Under the pieces are notes generated by a model that worked only from the letters and a program-made list of their open reading frames with translations, made no database searches and was not told the DNA's origin. Source: the human T2T-CHM13v2.0 reference genome, Homo sapiens. From it: a DNA stretch of 64,000 nucleotides. The stretch is from the NCBI RefSeq assembly GCF_009914755.1, contig NC_060926.1; one strand, written 5' to 3'. Of this stretch, positions 1 through 12,485 are shown one piece after another; the stretch's first letter is position 1, and each line of letters opens with the position of its first letter. The translations under genes and the position numbers were made by a program.

Positions 1-147
1 CACAGAGAACACCAATGTATGTCCTGTAAAACTCCCACTCACCCGTGTGTCACACACAGAGAACAGCAATGAATGTCCAGCAAAACTCCTTCTCACCCAT
101 GTGTCACACACAGAACAGCAATGAACGTCCTGCAAAACTCTGACTCA
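1..147. repeat. Minisatellite, 54-bp period, ~2.7 copies visible, may continue upstream of the window
   Basis: CACAGAGAACA(C/G)CAATG(T/A)ATGTCC..AAAACTCC..CTCACCC.TGTGTCACA recurs at 1, 55 and 109 (third copy truncated). Confidence 0.9.
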
Positions 148-650
148 GAGGACCTTGTCCAAAAAGAACAACATAACTCAACCAAATGCCTTTTTTAGTG
201 TTTAAAAAAGTTGAAAAGAGATGAAATATTTATTAAATTTTTATTAATAAATATGAATGGTGGCTACATTTTCTGTATTTTATGTCTGCATTGCTCACAA
301 CAGAGAGAAACATCATTGTAACTCATCTTAATGGTGAAAATATCAGCATTCCTTTCTCCAGCTGACCAAAATATCTCTGCTTTAATTTAAGCCTGATTCT
401 TCTTGTTAATTTTCACAAACTCATGGAAAAACTGATCATTTTCCCCTTTATAAAAATGTATTACAATAATAATGAGAAAACACTTCCTTTTAATAATTTC
501 CTTTAACTTTTTTTGTTTTATTATTTACTTAGCACTTTGAATCACTCCCATCACTTTTTCTGAACTTTCACTAGCTTTCTATTCTCTTTCACGTAATTAC
601 CCCAAGGCACCTTTGAAGTTCATCAGAAAAAAAAAAAAAAAGGGAAAAGA

Positions 651-721
651 GACTTCCTGGTACAAAAGAAGCTGCTGAGTCATTTTCCCCGGAACAGAAA
701 ACACCAGGATTGTGCGGAAGT
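651..721. promoter_or_regulatory. Candidate enhancer core (ETS + MARE/ARE + STAT-like + ETS)
   Basis: GACTTCCTGG 651-660, TGCTGAGTCAT 673-683, TTCCCCGGAA 685-694 and GCGGAAGT 714-721 in non-repeat sequence; motif match only. Confidence 0.45.
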
Positions 722-2201
722 CAGGGCTCCGGAGGCACCTGCCCTCAGCAGGGCCAGGGCCACTGGAGAGTGGAGATCCCACACACCTGCCTGAGGTTGC
801 TTTGGGCCCTATGAGGGGCAGTCCAAGAAGCTCCTCGTGTGGAAACATTATCTCATGGTTACCCAGTGGGCACCGAAGCAAGCCAAATCTTTGGTCCACA
901 CACAAAGACTCCTTAGGAAAATTATGGGAAGCTGGTCAAAATGATAAAGTAGCACAATTGTTCCTTCTTCACAGGAACCTGGTGTTCTTAATCTTAACAC
1001 TTCAAATGGTGACATTTTAACCCAGGTGGAGGAAAACATTGGTGTCAAACTGCAGTCACATGTTTGTAATTCTCTCTATAAAACTTTAAAGGCATTGTGT
1101 GCATGTTAATCTTCAATAAATGTGATTTATATAGGCAGTTGGCAGTCATACGTTACCTGAACTTGTTCTGACAGGACAGATGAGGTTTCTGGAGCCTAAG
1201 GACCTACATCAACAAACCTAATTGTTTTGCCCGTGGCTTTTCCAATAAATGAAGGCACTATTGGGAAAAGGGCGATGGCTTGGCGTATTTACTGTGGGTG
1301 GTTGAGTGACACGCAGCCTGTGTGATTTAGCGGGAGCTTAATGGTGTCACATGTAAGAAACACTGCAGTCCCCTCTGAATCAAAAGGACTAGGAAGTTTC
1401 CAAAACCAACGACTAAGAACTGGTTATTAATTAAACAGGAACCTAATTAATAAATTACCTATAAAAGGTGTATTTTTAGAAATAATTACAATGTAATAAT
1501 TTATTTTGTACTTTAGAAGGAAGTTTATTGGCTTTGAGCTAATTTTTTCTGGGCAATCTAGACATTGACAGACCATGGAGAAGTAGCCACATGGCTGCAT
1601 TGGCTGTAATTTCTGACCACATATAGCAGGCTCTGATTATGAATTAATGCAAGGTTTTGGAAAAGACAATGGTTTTAAAGCCGATGGTCTCGGGCTAAAG
1701 CCTGGCCCTGTCACTTACTTGTTAAACGGACTGATGAAACTTAATAACTCTTCATCAGTACCGTTCAGATGATTGGACTTTCCCCACATGGTTCTATAGG
1801 GATTGACAAGGACCATATGTGGAAAAGTTTCTGATATAGTTGGTAGTTTCTTTGCTTTCTCCCTTTATTTTCAGCTATCTTCTTTCCCTCGATTCTGAAA
1901 CCTTGAGATTCCTAAGCTAGCAAGTGTGTTTGAAAGCAGCTAAGGGTATAGGCAGCACATTTCTGGCAATCTCCACAGTGGTATTTAGGAGAGAACTTTA
2001 CCTGTGTGGTAGCTTGGAGTCCTTGAACTCCACTACTCACCAACTACATTGTTTTCCAAGAAAGTCTATAGGAAGATTTTCTAAAGTAATCAATTGATAT
2101 TCCAGTTGTGCAGATGAGCACTTACTTTTGTTCTTAAAACTCCATCTCTCGTGCTGTAGGGTTCCCTTGGGCTCCACGGTGAGAAACTTGCATCCATGCA
2201 C

Positions 2202-2561
2202 TGTGAAGGAGCCACGTCAATCAATGAGAATTATTCTCCCTACTAGAGAAGATAAGAGTTAAATAATGCATGAGGAAACTCCTTGCCAGCCATTTTAATT
2301 TCTAGAGAAACTAAGAATGTGTACTGTGGAGGAACGTCTGCATCCATGGTGCAGCCCTGCAGGTCTCACTGTACCTGTGCCCATTGCCCTGTGGTTTTGC
2401 AATTCCTCTCATTTAAGAGTTGAAGGCCCCTTCCCTACCCTGAAGCTCAGCTTGGTCATAAGACTCATGGTGGCCAGAAGGACGTTAGCAGACTTGGATC
2501 AAGCAGAGGCCTGAGGAAGCTCTCGTAGGTTTGTGTTGCCTCTCTTGCTTCTCTGCAATCC
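2202..2561 (+). repeat. Inverted duplication, arm 1
   Basis: Reverse complement of 5269-5631; the same peptide appears in ORF 2317-2514(+) and ORF 5316-5513(-). Confidence 0.95.
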
Positions 2562-2876
2562 TGAGAACATGCCCAGACTAACTTAATCAAGGGATGGGAG
2601 AGGCATGTGCATGTGAGCACCACATGGAGCACAGCCAGCTGTCTTAGCCAAGATCATAGCAGACAAGTCTGCAGACAGCTGACTCCCAACCAAGTAGTGA
2701 TCCCAGCAGGATCGCAGAGCTTCCACCCAATCTGAGGCTGACCACAGACACCTGAGTGAGCCCATTACCAGCTGAACAGACAGTAGAGTGCAATCTTAGA
2801 TTATAATTGTTTTAAGCCACTGGGTTTTGAGGTAGTCTATTTTGCAGCATTATTGGGTGAATAGATAGCTGATACA
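2325..2876 (+). mobile_element. MLT1 (MLT1H-like) MaLR solo LTR
   Basis: TG...CA termini, typical MLT1 3' end (TTGTTTTAAGCCACTGGGTTTTG...AGCTGATACA), perfect 5-bp TSD TGTAC at 2320-2324 and 2877-2881. Confidence 0.8.
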
Positions 2877-3237
2877 TGTACTTTAACAATATAAAAACAT
2901 AAAGAATCCAAAATAGACTAGAGGACAATTATCCTGAGATGATTCATCATAGGATGAATCATAAAAACCATAAGCTTCTCTGAGGTCTGCAAATCCTTCC
3001 ACAGAATGTTCTTTGTAGAGAGAGGCATACCTGTGCAGTAGCTTCAGGTACACTCTTCAGAATTCTTTCTATTGTAGGAGCTAGAAAGACTGCCAAATGA
3101 ACAACTTAGAACACCCTCCTTCTCAATCATAGATATTTGAGGTAAGGATAAAGAATCCTGACACGCTGTGGTTAAGATCTTGTCTACGTATAACTACACT
3201 TCAGAAGTCACCACTTGCTTTTTTTGTTAATCATTAT

Positions 3238-3711
3238 TGTAGGCAGGATAATAGCCCCTCAAAGATGCCCACATCCTATTCCCTGGAGCTTAAGAATATG
3301 TCACCTCATATGGCAAAAGAGACTTGCAGATGTGATTAAGAACCTTGAGATGGGAGATCACCCTGGGTTGTTGGGTGGCCTCAACATCATCACATGAGTC
3401 CTCACAAGAGGATGGCAGGAGGGTCAGAGTCAGAAGGAGATGTCAGGATAAAAGCGGAGGTCAGAGAAGAGAAAGGATACCATGGTAGTGGCTTTGATGA
3501 TGGAGGAGAGGCTGTGAGCCAGGAAATTTGGGCAGTCTCTAGAAGCTGGAAGAGGCCCACTGGGAGATTCTTCCCAGAGCCTCAGAAGGAATGCAGTCCT
3601 GTGGACCCTTTTGGACTTCTGACCTCCAGAGCTCTCAGATAATACGTTTGTGTTCCTTTAAGTGACAAAGTACGTGGTAATTTATTACAGAAACAGTAGA
3701 AAACTAATACA
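3238..3711 (+). mobile_element. MLT1D-like MaLR solo LTR
   Basis: TGTAGGCAGGATAATAGCCCCTCAAAGATG start, GCAGATGTGATTAAG, ends GAAAACTAATACA. Confidence 0.85.
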
Positions 3712-3849
3712 ACCTGCATCCATATACTCTGGTATTTGTAATATGAACTCTGAACTTCCTTGAAGAGCCAAGGCCTTGCCTAAACACTGCTGAGAGATTC
3801 GACCATACCTCAGCCATGCTTCCAGAACTGTTCTCGGCTGTGTCCCCTA

Positions 3850-4220
3850 AGCGACCCCGCCATAATGAGTCCACTCAACAAATCCAACGCTGCGAAACTG
3901 CAAAATGTACTCAGTCCCAACCCACAACCATAAATGTTTTTAATAATCTTCCGTTCACTCCCTCCATCATTTTCTATTCCACACAGCCCTCTCTTTTGGT
4001 TCCCCATTGTACCCCAACCCCTTTTTTTGTTCCCCCTTTCTCACTTCCTCATGGCCCCGTATTGGTTCCTCTCTGTTGTCCATTTAGAAACCCCAGTTAC
4101 CTTCATCTTAGCTGGGGTTGAGCTCGGTGTTTCCTGGAGTCTCTTTCCCCTTTTGCAGTAGTCTAAATAAAATCTGTCTTGCTACCTTTAACATGTGTCT
4201 GGTGTTGTTTCTCTTTGACA
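3850..4220 (+). mobile_element. ERV1-class LTR remnant (MER31/MER34-like 3' half); left boundary approximate
   Basis: GGGGTTGAGCTC...TCTCTTTCCCCTTTTGCAGTAGTCTAAATAAAATCT...TCTTTGACA LTR-type ending. Confidence 0.5.
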
Positions 4221-4901
4221 GTAAACAATTTCGTTAAAAAAGGATACTCCATCCAATTCTCCTACGTAGTAATAGAATAACACCAAACTAATGCCTGGTT
4301 TTCATAAATCCTCCCTGAAAATACATTTGTCATCTTAGCTGTGTCACTAAAGTATAATGCAGTGAGGGCAGGGCAAATAAACTATGTTCTGTTCCATTCT
4401 GGGCATTCGCCTGTGCGGGGCAGCAGAATGAGTGCTGTGCAAGACCAAGAGGGAAGAGTGCTTGGGCTGAGACTGACAAGTAAGCCCCAGAAAGTTCCTG
4501 TGGCTCTGAGCTCCCCAAGGTGACTCTGGCAGGCAGGTGAGCTGCCCTTAGCATGCAGCTGTCAACAGCACCCTGAGAAGTGCCCCGGAGGTCCTTGGCA
4601 GGAGTCACAAAGAGAGGCTGAGCCATGGCAAGTAGAAGAGAACTTAGGGAAGATGGCATTTCTGCTCTCAGTGAGAGTAGCTTGAAAGGCAAGTGAAGGG
4701 AGGAGGGCACCTGTGGTGTTAGACAAAGGAGGTCCACTGCAGATTTAGGAAGGGAGTGTTGTCTTAGGGCTTGTTGATGGAAATCACAAACTGTTTCTGG
4801 GATATTTATGTAGAATATACACAATACCTTTTACATCTTCCCTCCTTGTCTGTTTCCCTCATACTATTTTCCTATTAACATTAGAGTTACAATGGAAATA
4901 A

Positions 4902-5203
<302 letters not shown>

Positions 5204-5268
5204 TGGAAATATGTTTAAAACAACAATGAAAAGACTCCACACTGCCTGAGGTCTGTCACTAGAAGAAG

Positions 5269-5631
5269 GGATCGCAGAGAAGCAAGAAAGGCAACACAAA
5301 TCCACAGGGGCTTCCTCAGGCCTCTGCTTGCTCCAGGTCTGTTAACATTCTTCTGGCCACCATGAGTCTTATGTTCAAGCTGAACTTCAGGGTAGGGAAG
5401 GGGCCTCCACCTCTTGAATGAAGGGAATTGCAAAACTGCAGGGCAACGGGCACATGTACGGTGAGACCTGCAGGGCTGCACCATGGATGCAGACGTTCCT
5501 CCCTAGTACACATTCCTAGTTTCTCTAAAAATTAAAATGGCTGGCAAGGAGTTTCCTCACACATTATTTAATTCTTGTCTTCTTTAAAAACTAAAGTAAT
5601 TCTGAAAATTGACTGATGTAGCTCTTTCACA
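5269..5631 (-). repeat. Inverted duplication, arm 2 (unique flank + TSD + 5' part of the MLT1 LTR)
   Basis: About 90% identical by hand alignment to 2258-2561 without gaps; includes the TGTAC TSD (GTACA 5506-5510). Confidence 0.95.
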
Positions 5632-5800
5632 TTTGTGAGGACGGTGAAATGAAAATCTGTGCGACAGCACCAGCACTGGCCTCAGTGATTGCATTGTGCT
5701 GTCTTCTGCCTGCAAGCTCAGTGACTAAGCCAATTAGAAAATGTACGAAAGCAATAAATTATTAAGGGCCTCAGTATGTTTATGTTTGTGAGTATAGATG

Positions 5801-6260
5801 TGTGAGAGGAAAATATTTGGAGCCCCTGAAATCACTAACCTAAGAGGACAAGTCAAGCTTGGAACTGCTTAGGGCAAACTGTCTCTCATCCTATTCAAAG
5901 TCACTCCTCTGCTCACTGAGATAAATAGATATCTGATTGCATCCTTTGGAAAAGCTCATCAGAAACTCAGAAGAATTGTCTCTCACCTACCTGTGATCTG
6001 GAAGTCCCCTGCCTGCTTCAATTTGTCCTGCCTTCACCTCAAGTTGTCCCACCTTTTTGGACCGAACTAATGCTCATTTTACATATATTGATTGATTTCT
6101 CATATGTCCCTAAAATGTATAAAACCAAACTGTGCTCTGACCACCTTGGGCACATGTCATCAGGACCTCCTGAACCTGTGTCAAGGGTATATGTCCTCAA
6201 CCTTGGTAAAATAAACTTTCTAAATTAACTGAGACCTGTCTCAAATTTTGGGGGTTAACA
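5801..6260 (+). mobile_element. MER4A/MER4A1 ERV1 solo LTR
   Basis: TGTGAGAGGAAAAT...GGAACTGCTTAGGGCAAAC...CCTAAAATGTATAAAACC...AATAAACTTTCTAAATTAACTGAGACC...TTAACA. Confidence 0.88.
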
Positions 6261-7501
6261 AACGTAACTGTAAAGGATAAATTATTCTGTGGTTCCATCA
6301 AAGAAATAATTTTGGGTTCAAGTCTCTTCTGTATAAAGCTGTGAGCATTCTGGCTGGCTGCCCAACAGTAAGGCAATGACTTACCCAAAACAAACAGATG
6401 TGCCTGCACATATGTCTACTCACGACATAGGCACCCTGGGAGCCAGGGGATGCATGGTGAGTCTGAACCCCCACAGCACACTTTGTCCTGATGCTGTGGA
6501 GCAGGAGCAAGTTCGAGTCACAGTCTTAGGCTCTGGGTCACTGTTCTGGCTCATTGTTCTGGACAGGACCCATGCAGTCAAAAAACCCAAAGTTGGTCAG
6601 AAACAAACCGCTGGGCCCTAGAAACCTAAAGATTGTCAGGGGACTGTGCAGTTGAAAGTAGCAGAAGAGGGGGCAATTTTTATGGGTCCTTAGGGCTTTT
6701 ACGCGTTCCACATAGCAATGAGTGCTTAGCACGTGCTGGAACCAACAGCAGGAGGCAATCATGATGACTTTTTTCAAGTGTCTACTTACCCAGAAATTCA
6801 AATTTCTTTAAACATTTAAACATTTTCCTTTTGGTGAATATTTCAGACAGCAAATTCAGGACAAGCAGATACCATCAGCTCAAGGAAACTCACTTGAGCA
6901 ACTAACCTCATTACACTTGAATATTATACTCCCACAGACACAATTTAAAGCGTTACTCCAAGACAGTTTTTGACATAATTCCTGGACCTGGAAGAATACA
7001 AATAAGGAACCCAGCAACTGGAAAAGTTACTAAAGTTTTACCAGGGATAAACTGGCTCACTAAAGGGCTTTTAGTTTTGCTGCAGGCATGTAAGCAAATG
7101 TGAGTGTGGCAATTGAAGACCATATCTTCAGAAAAACCTTCATTAATCTGTGGATCATCCAGTGCTAGACAGTAGGCTGCAGAGCAATGGCAGCAGAGTG
7201 AAGATCATCACCAGCCCATGGGGAGATAACACCAAAACCAAACACCCCAACACATGTGGGACTACAGGTGTGTTTTATGATGAGAGAGTCACTGGCCCAT
7301 TTCTAATGGGATAAAGTAACTCAAAGGTTGGAAAATTCATATCTTTCTAAAGAAGGCAGAGGGCAGATTAGTGGTTACTCAGGTAGAATATGGGCCTTCC
7401 AAGATCTGCAGGAAGTCTCTATCATCTTATCATGAATTTAAACATTTGTATAGGCAAGTAGACCAAGTTCCTCTCTGTCTCCTCTTCTACCTCTTCCCTA
7501 C

Positions 7502-9764
7502 TGTATAAGCCTTTCTCACACTGCCAATAAAAACATAGCTAAGACTGGGTAATTTATAAAGAAAAAAGAGGTTGAATGTAGTCACAATTCCACGTGGCTG
7601 GGGAGGCTTCACAATCATGGCAGAAGGCAAAGGAGGAGCAAAGGCACCTCTTACATGGTGGCAGGCAAGAGAGTGTGTGCAGGGGAACCGGCCTTTATAA
7701 AACCATCAGATCATGTGAGACTTATTCACTATCACGAGAACAGCATGAGAAAAACCTGCCCCCATGATTTAATTACCTCCCACTGGGTCCCTTCCATGAA
7801 AAGTGGGGATTATAGGAGCTACAATTCAAGATGAGATTTGGCTGGAAACAGAGCCAAACTATATCATTCTTCCCTTGGTCCCTCTTAAATCTCATGTCCT
7901 CACATTTCAAAGTTGATCATGCCCTCCTAACAGTCCCCTAAAGTCTTAACTCATTTCAACATTAATTCAAAAGTCCACAGTCCGGAGTTTCATCTGAGAC
8001 AAGGAAGTCCCTTCCACCTATGAGCCTATAAAATCTAAAGCAAGTTAGTTACTTCCTAGACACAATGGGGGTACAGGCATTAGGTAAATATGCCCATTCC
8101 AAATGGGAGAAATTGGCCAAAACAAAGGGGCTACAGGCCCCACACAAGTCCAAAATCCAATATGGCAGTCATTAAACCTTAGAATTCCAAAATGAGCTCC
8201 CTTGACTCCATGTCTCATATCCAGGTCACACTGATGCAATAAGTGGGCTCTCACAGTCTTGGGCAGCTCTACCTCTGTGGCTTTGCAGGATACAGCCTCC
8301 CTCCCCACTGCTTTCATGGGCTGGCATCGAGTGTGGCTTTTCCAGGTGCACAGTGCAAGCTGTTGGTTGATCTACCATTCTGAGGTCTGAAGGACGGTGG
8401 CCCCCTTCTCACAGCTCCACTAGGCAGTGCCTCAGTGGGGACTCTCTGTGGGGGCTTCGACCCCACATTCCCCTTCCACACTGCCCTAGCAGAGGTCCTC
8501 CATGAGGGCCCCACCCCTGCAGCAAACTTCTGCTTATATATCCAGGTGTTTCCATACATCATCTGAAATCTAGGTGGAGGTACCCAAACCTCAGTTTTTG
8601 AATTTTGTGTACCTGCAGGCTCAACACCACGTGGAAGCTGCCAAGGCTTGGGGCTTACACCCTCTGAAACCACAGCCTGAGCTGTACCTTGGCCCCTTTT
8701 AGCCACAGCTAGACAGACTGAGACACAGGGCACCAAGTCCCTAGGCTGCACACAGCAAGAGGGCCCTAGACCTGGCTCAGGAAACCATTTTTCCTTCCTA
8801 GGCCTCCACACCTGTGATTGGAGGGGCTGCCGTGAAGGTCTCTGATGTGCCCTGGAGACATTTTTCCCATTTTCTTGGTGATGAACATTTGGCTTCTCAT
8901 TATTTATGCAAATTTCTGCAGCCAGCTTTAATTTCTCCTCAGAAAACGGGTTTTTCTTTTCTATTGCATCATCAGGCTGCAAGTTTTCCAAACTTTTATG
9001 CTCTGCTTCCTCTTGAACGTTTTGCCACTTAAAAATTTCTTCTGCCAGATACCCTAAATCATCTCTCTCAAGTTCAAAGTTCCACAGATCTCTAAGATAG
9101 GGACAAAATGCCACCAGTCTCTTTGCATAGCAAGAGTGACCTTACTCCAGTTCCCAACAAGTTCCTTATCTCCATCTGAAACAACCTCAGCCCGGACTTT
9201 ATTATCCATATCACTATCAACATTTTTGTCAAAGCCGTTCAACAAGTTTCTAGGAAGTTTCAAATTTTCTCACATTTTCCTGTCTTCTTCTGCACCCTCC
9301 AAACTGTTCCAACCTCTGTCTGTCACCCAATTCCAAATTCACTTCCACATTTTCAGGTATCTTTACAGCAGTGCCCCACCCTTTGTGGTGCCAATTTACT
9401 GTATTAGTCTGTTTGCATGCTGCTAATAAAGACATACCCAACAGTGTGTAATTTATAAAGAAAAAGATGTTTAATGGACTCACAGCTCCACATAGCTGGG
9501 GAGGCCTCACTATCACAGCAGAAGGCAAAAGAGGAGCAAAGTCACGTCTTACATGGTGGCAGGCAAAAGAGTGTGTGGAGGAGAGGGGAACTGCCCTTTA
9601 TAAAATTATCAGATCTCATGAGACTTATTCACCATCATGAGAACAGCCTGGGAAAAACCTATCCCCATGATTCAGTTACTTCCCACCAGGTCCCATGATA
9701 CTTGTGGATTATGGGAGCTACAATTCAAGCTGAGATTTGGGTGGGGCACAGCCAAGTCATATCA
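7502..9764 (-). mobile_element. Full-length THE1B-like MaLR provirus (LTR 7502-7866, internal 7867-9399, LTR 9400-9764)
   Basis: Two ~365-bp direct repeats (TGTATTAG...CATATCA on + strand) around THE1-int; 5-bp TSD CCTAC/CATAC; ORF 8314-9114 is the decayed THE1-int ORF. Confidence 0.93.
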
Positions 9765-11068
9765 CATACTTTTCAAACTTAGTTGAGAAAGGGACTCGTG
9801 TGTGTGTGCGTGATCATTTTGAACAGCATTTCACAACATGTGGGTTTGGGAATTGGACAATCTGTGTCCTAGACAAAAGACACATTGCCATTATTGTATT
9901 TAATCTAGTCTTGGTCACCAGGAAGACATATTGCAATTTGGGACTAAAGTCTTGGCTAATAGTAAAGAATTTCTGCCTTAGAATCTTGAACCAACAGTGG
10001 GTGACTAAGGGAGTATTTGAGGTTTTCAATCCCAATTAAATATCACCTGTAATTAATAGTAAAATCCTGGGTGTACGAATTTAACACCAGAATTAACACA
10101 CTAAGGTTACTGAAGCCAATGTTTAAATCCATATACTCTGTCAGTTCTCATTTATAGCCACTTTTCCTCCTCTGGGATGACTTCCATATATTTGACAATT
10201 ATTTCCAATGAGTTTGTTCCTGCACAGACACTTGGCCAAGAGTCCTTGCCTGGTGCCTCTTCCTGGTCCCTCTCAGTATCCTTATGATCATTAATTGTCA
10301 CCATGAGCTCAGCATCAAGCACTACAGCCTCAGCTGAAGAGATGAACAGAAACACTGAAAAAGCTCTCTGGATATCCATGAAAACTTTGCAAAGGGAAGG
10401 AGGCAAAAATAAGTGGCTGTCAAAAATGGATGACAGCTTTAGACCACTTTGGGGCCTTTCGTCATGGAGAATTTCTTTAACATACAAGTACTGATTAATC
10501 CAAAGCAAACCTAAACAAACCCTCAAAGGCTGCTTTGTGGGTGATTTCATCTCATCTGAGTTAAACTGTGTGATAGCTTACTACAGGTCTCCTGTGTAAA
10601 CACCTACAGAAACTTTTTGGATAGCAAGCTGTTAGAAAAAAAACTTTTTTTCCTGTTAGATTTCAGAATAGAGATAATTTGATGTTAGTCTTAAAGAGCA
10701 AGATGTCCCTTGGTTGCATTTCATACGTAGCAGTGATTCACAGTGGAAATGCTTTATTTAGAAATTTTGAATAAGTTACACTCTCTGGCAGTGAGGTGGT
10801 TCCACATAATAGTATCTGAAAAATGAAAAATAAGTGTCTTTTGGTAGATTTGGTTTATGTTTCTCTTTAATTCTCTACTTTGGGCAAATGAGTTAACAGT
10901 AATTTACAGCCCCTCCAAAAAACAAAGACAGTTGGGAAGGTGTCAAATGGAGGATTTTGGAGGAGAGATGGGAGTTCAAAACCTGTCTCCACCAGATCAG
11001 TCTAGTGCAATCTCGGGCAAGGTAAGTGGTCCTTCTTAGGCTTATTTTCCTAACATGTAACATGGGCC

Positions 11069-11424
11069 TGTGAACCCAGAAGGTCAGAGACAGGTCTCAG
11101 TTAATTTAGGAAGTTTATTTTGCCAAGGTTGAGGATGCAGCCGTGACATAGCCTCAGGAGGTCCTGACAACGTGTGTCCAAGATGGTCGGGGCACAGCTT
11201 GGTTTTATACATTTTAGAGAGACATGAGACATCAATCAATATATGTAAGATATACATTGGTTTAGTCTGGAAAGGCGAGACAACTTGAAGCAAAGGCAGA
11301 AAGACTCCAAGCTGGGAGGGAGCTTCCAGGTCACAGACAGGTGTTGCACAAATGGTTACATTCTTTTGAGTTTCTGATTAGCCTTTCCAAAGGAGGCAAA
11401 TCAGATACGCATCTACCTCAGTGC
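11069..11424 (-). mobile_element. MER4A/MER4A1 LTR, 5'-truncated
   Basis: Reverse complement of the same family as 5801-6260 (TGTGAACCCAGA...GAGACAGGTCTCAGTTAATTTAG...GGTTTTATACATTTTAG). Confidence 0.85.
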
Positions 11425-11619
11425 CTAATGCTAATGACCTATAGAGTCTGGAGTATTGGAAAACTCCCTTTCTGACCTCCCTCAGGACTTTGGATGTTTG
11501 TATACCTCAGCCTGATGACAAGCCTTTGCCTACCTTACAGATAATTCCTCACCTGCTTGCCAGAGTCTCCCACATTAGCCCACTGCGCTGAAATAGCAAT
11601 GCATAAAAGCCAGAGAGGG

Positions 11620-11812
11620 AGGTCTGGGGCCAGGCAGGCAGGCTCAAATCCTGAGTGTGTGACTTGCTGGCTGGGGCACTGAGTCAGTTGCTTCACCTCC
11701 AATGTTTCGGTTATTTGAGGGTTGGTACCTACAGGGCTGTTGTGGGGTTGAATGGGTTACATTTGCAAGAGAAACAAAGGCCCTCAGCACAGCACCTGAT
11801 TGCTAGTAGCTG
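11620..11812 (+). mobile_element. MIR remnant
   Basis: GGCTCAAATCCTG...TGACTTG...CTTCACCTC...TACCTACAGGGCTGTTGTGGGG MIR core. Confidence 0.6.
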
Positions 11813-12039
11813 CTGTGTACACATTTACGACATTAAAGAGCGTGTTCTTGTGCTCATGTAGCCAGATCTCTTGGCAGACTCACCTTAGATCTTGTTCTTT
11901 CCTGCTCCATCTCCTTTCCCTCCTACTTTCAAATCTTGACAACAGTTAACTGGTAGTCAGTGGTCCTCTTTCAGAGATTGTGGAATTTTCTCCACACTAG
12001 CAGCTAAGAAAGGGACACCAGCAATGGAAACTGGAAAAC

Positions 12040-12485
12040 TCTAAAATTACAGGGGCTTCACATAGCAGGAGTTTCATTTTTCACTCACATAAAGTCCAAA
12101 ACGGGTGTTCCTAATGAGTAGGGAGACTGGCCAGGGAGACTCTATGACAGGCAGGCTTTCAGGGACCCCCCACCTGAAGGAGACTCTGACTTTAATATGG
12201 GGCTTCTAAGAACACAGAGAAGTCAGCTCTGTTAACACGCAGCAGGCAGATGGGGTCAAAGCCAGAGTGGAGGGCCCATGGGGATGCTTTTGTGGGCTGG
12301 TGCTGGACGTAGGTGAATCACTCTGTCCATGCTCCATTGCCTGGGACTCAATTGCCTGAGTTCACCGATGCAAGATGAGTTGGCAAATGCAGTAGTCCCT
12401 CATGAAGCAGCAATTTTTCAGCAAAATATCTGTATTTTGAAAGGGGAGCACAAGTCTTTGGTTGAAAGTTATCCATCTACCCATT
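12040..12485 (-). mobile_element. Old MLT1 (J/K-like) LTR remnant
   Basis: GGCTTCACATAGCAGGAGTTTCATTTTTCACTCAC...CAGGGACCC...ATCACTCTGTCCATGCTCCATTG pattern; boundaries approximate. Confidence 0.5.

Noticed and set aside
2317-2514. Paralogous 65-aa ORFs (also 5316-5513) as a micro-gene pair
   Set aside because: The similarity follows from the inverted duplication of MLT1 LTR sequence; many substitutions are non-synonymous, so there is no sign of coding constraint
8314-9114. Longest ORF (266 aa, minus strand) as a gene
   Set aside because: Lies wholly inside THE1-int; neighbouring frames are broken; a decayed MaLR ORF
10152-10550. 132-aa minus-strand ORF in unique sequence
   Set aside because: No recognisable domain or exon context; length is compatible with chance
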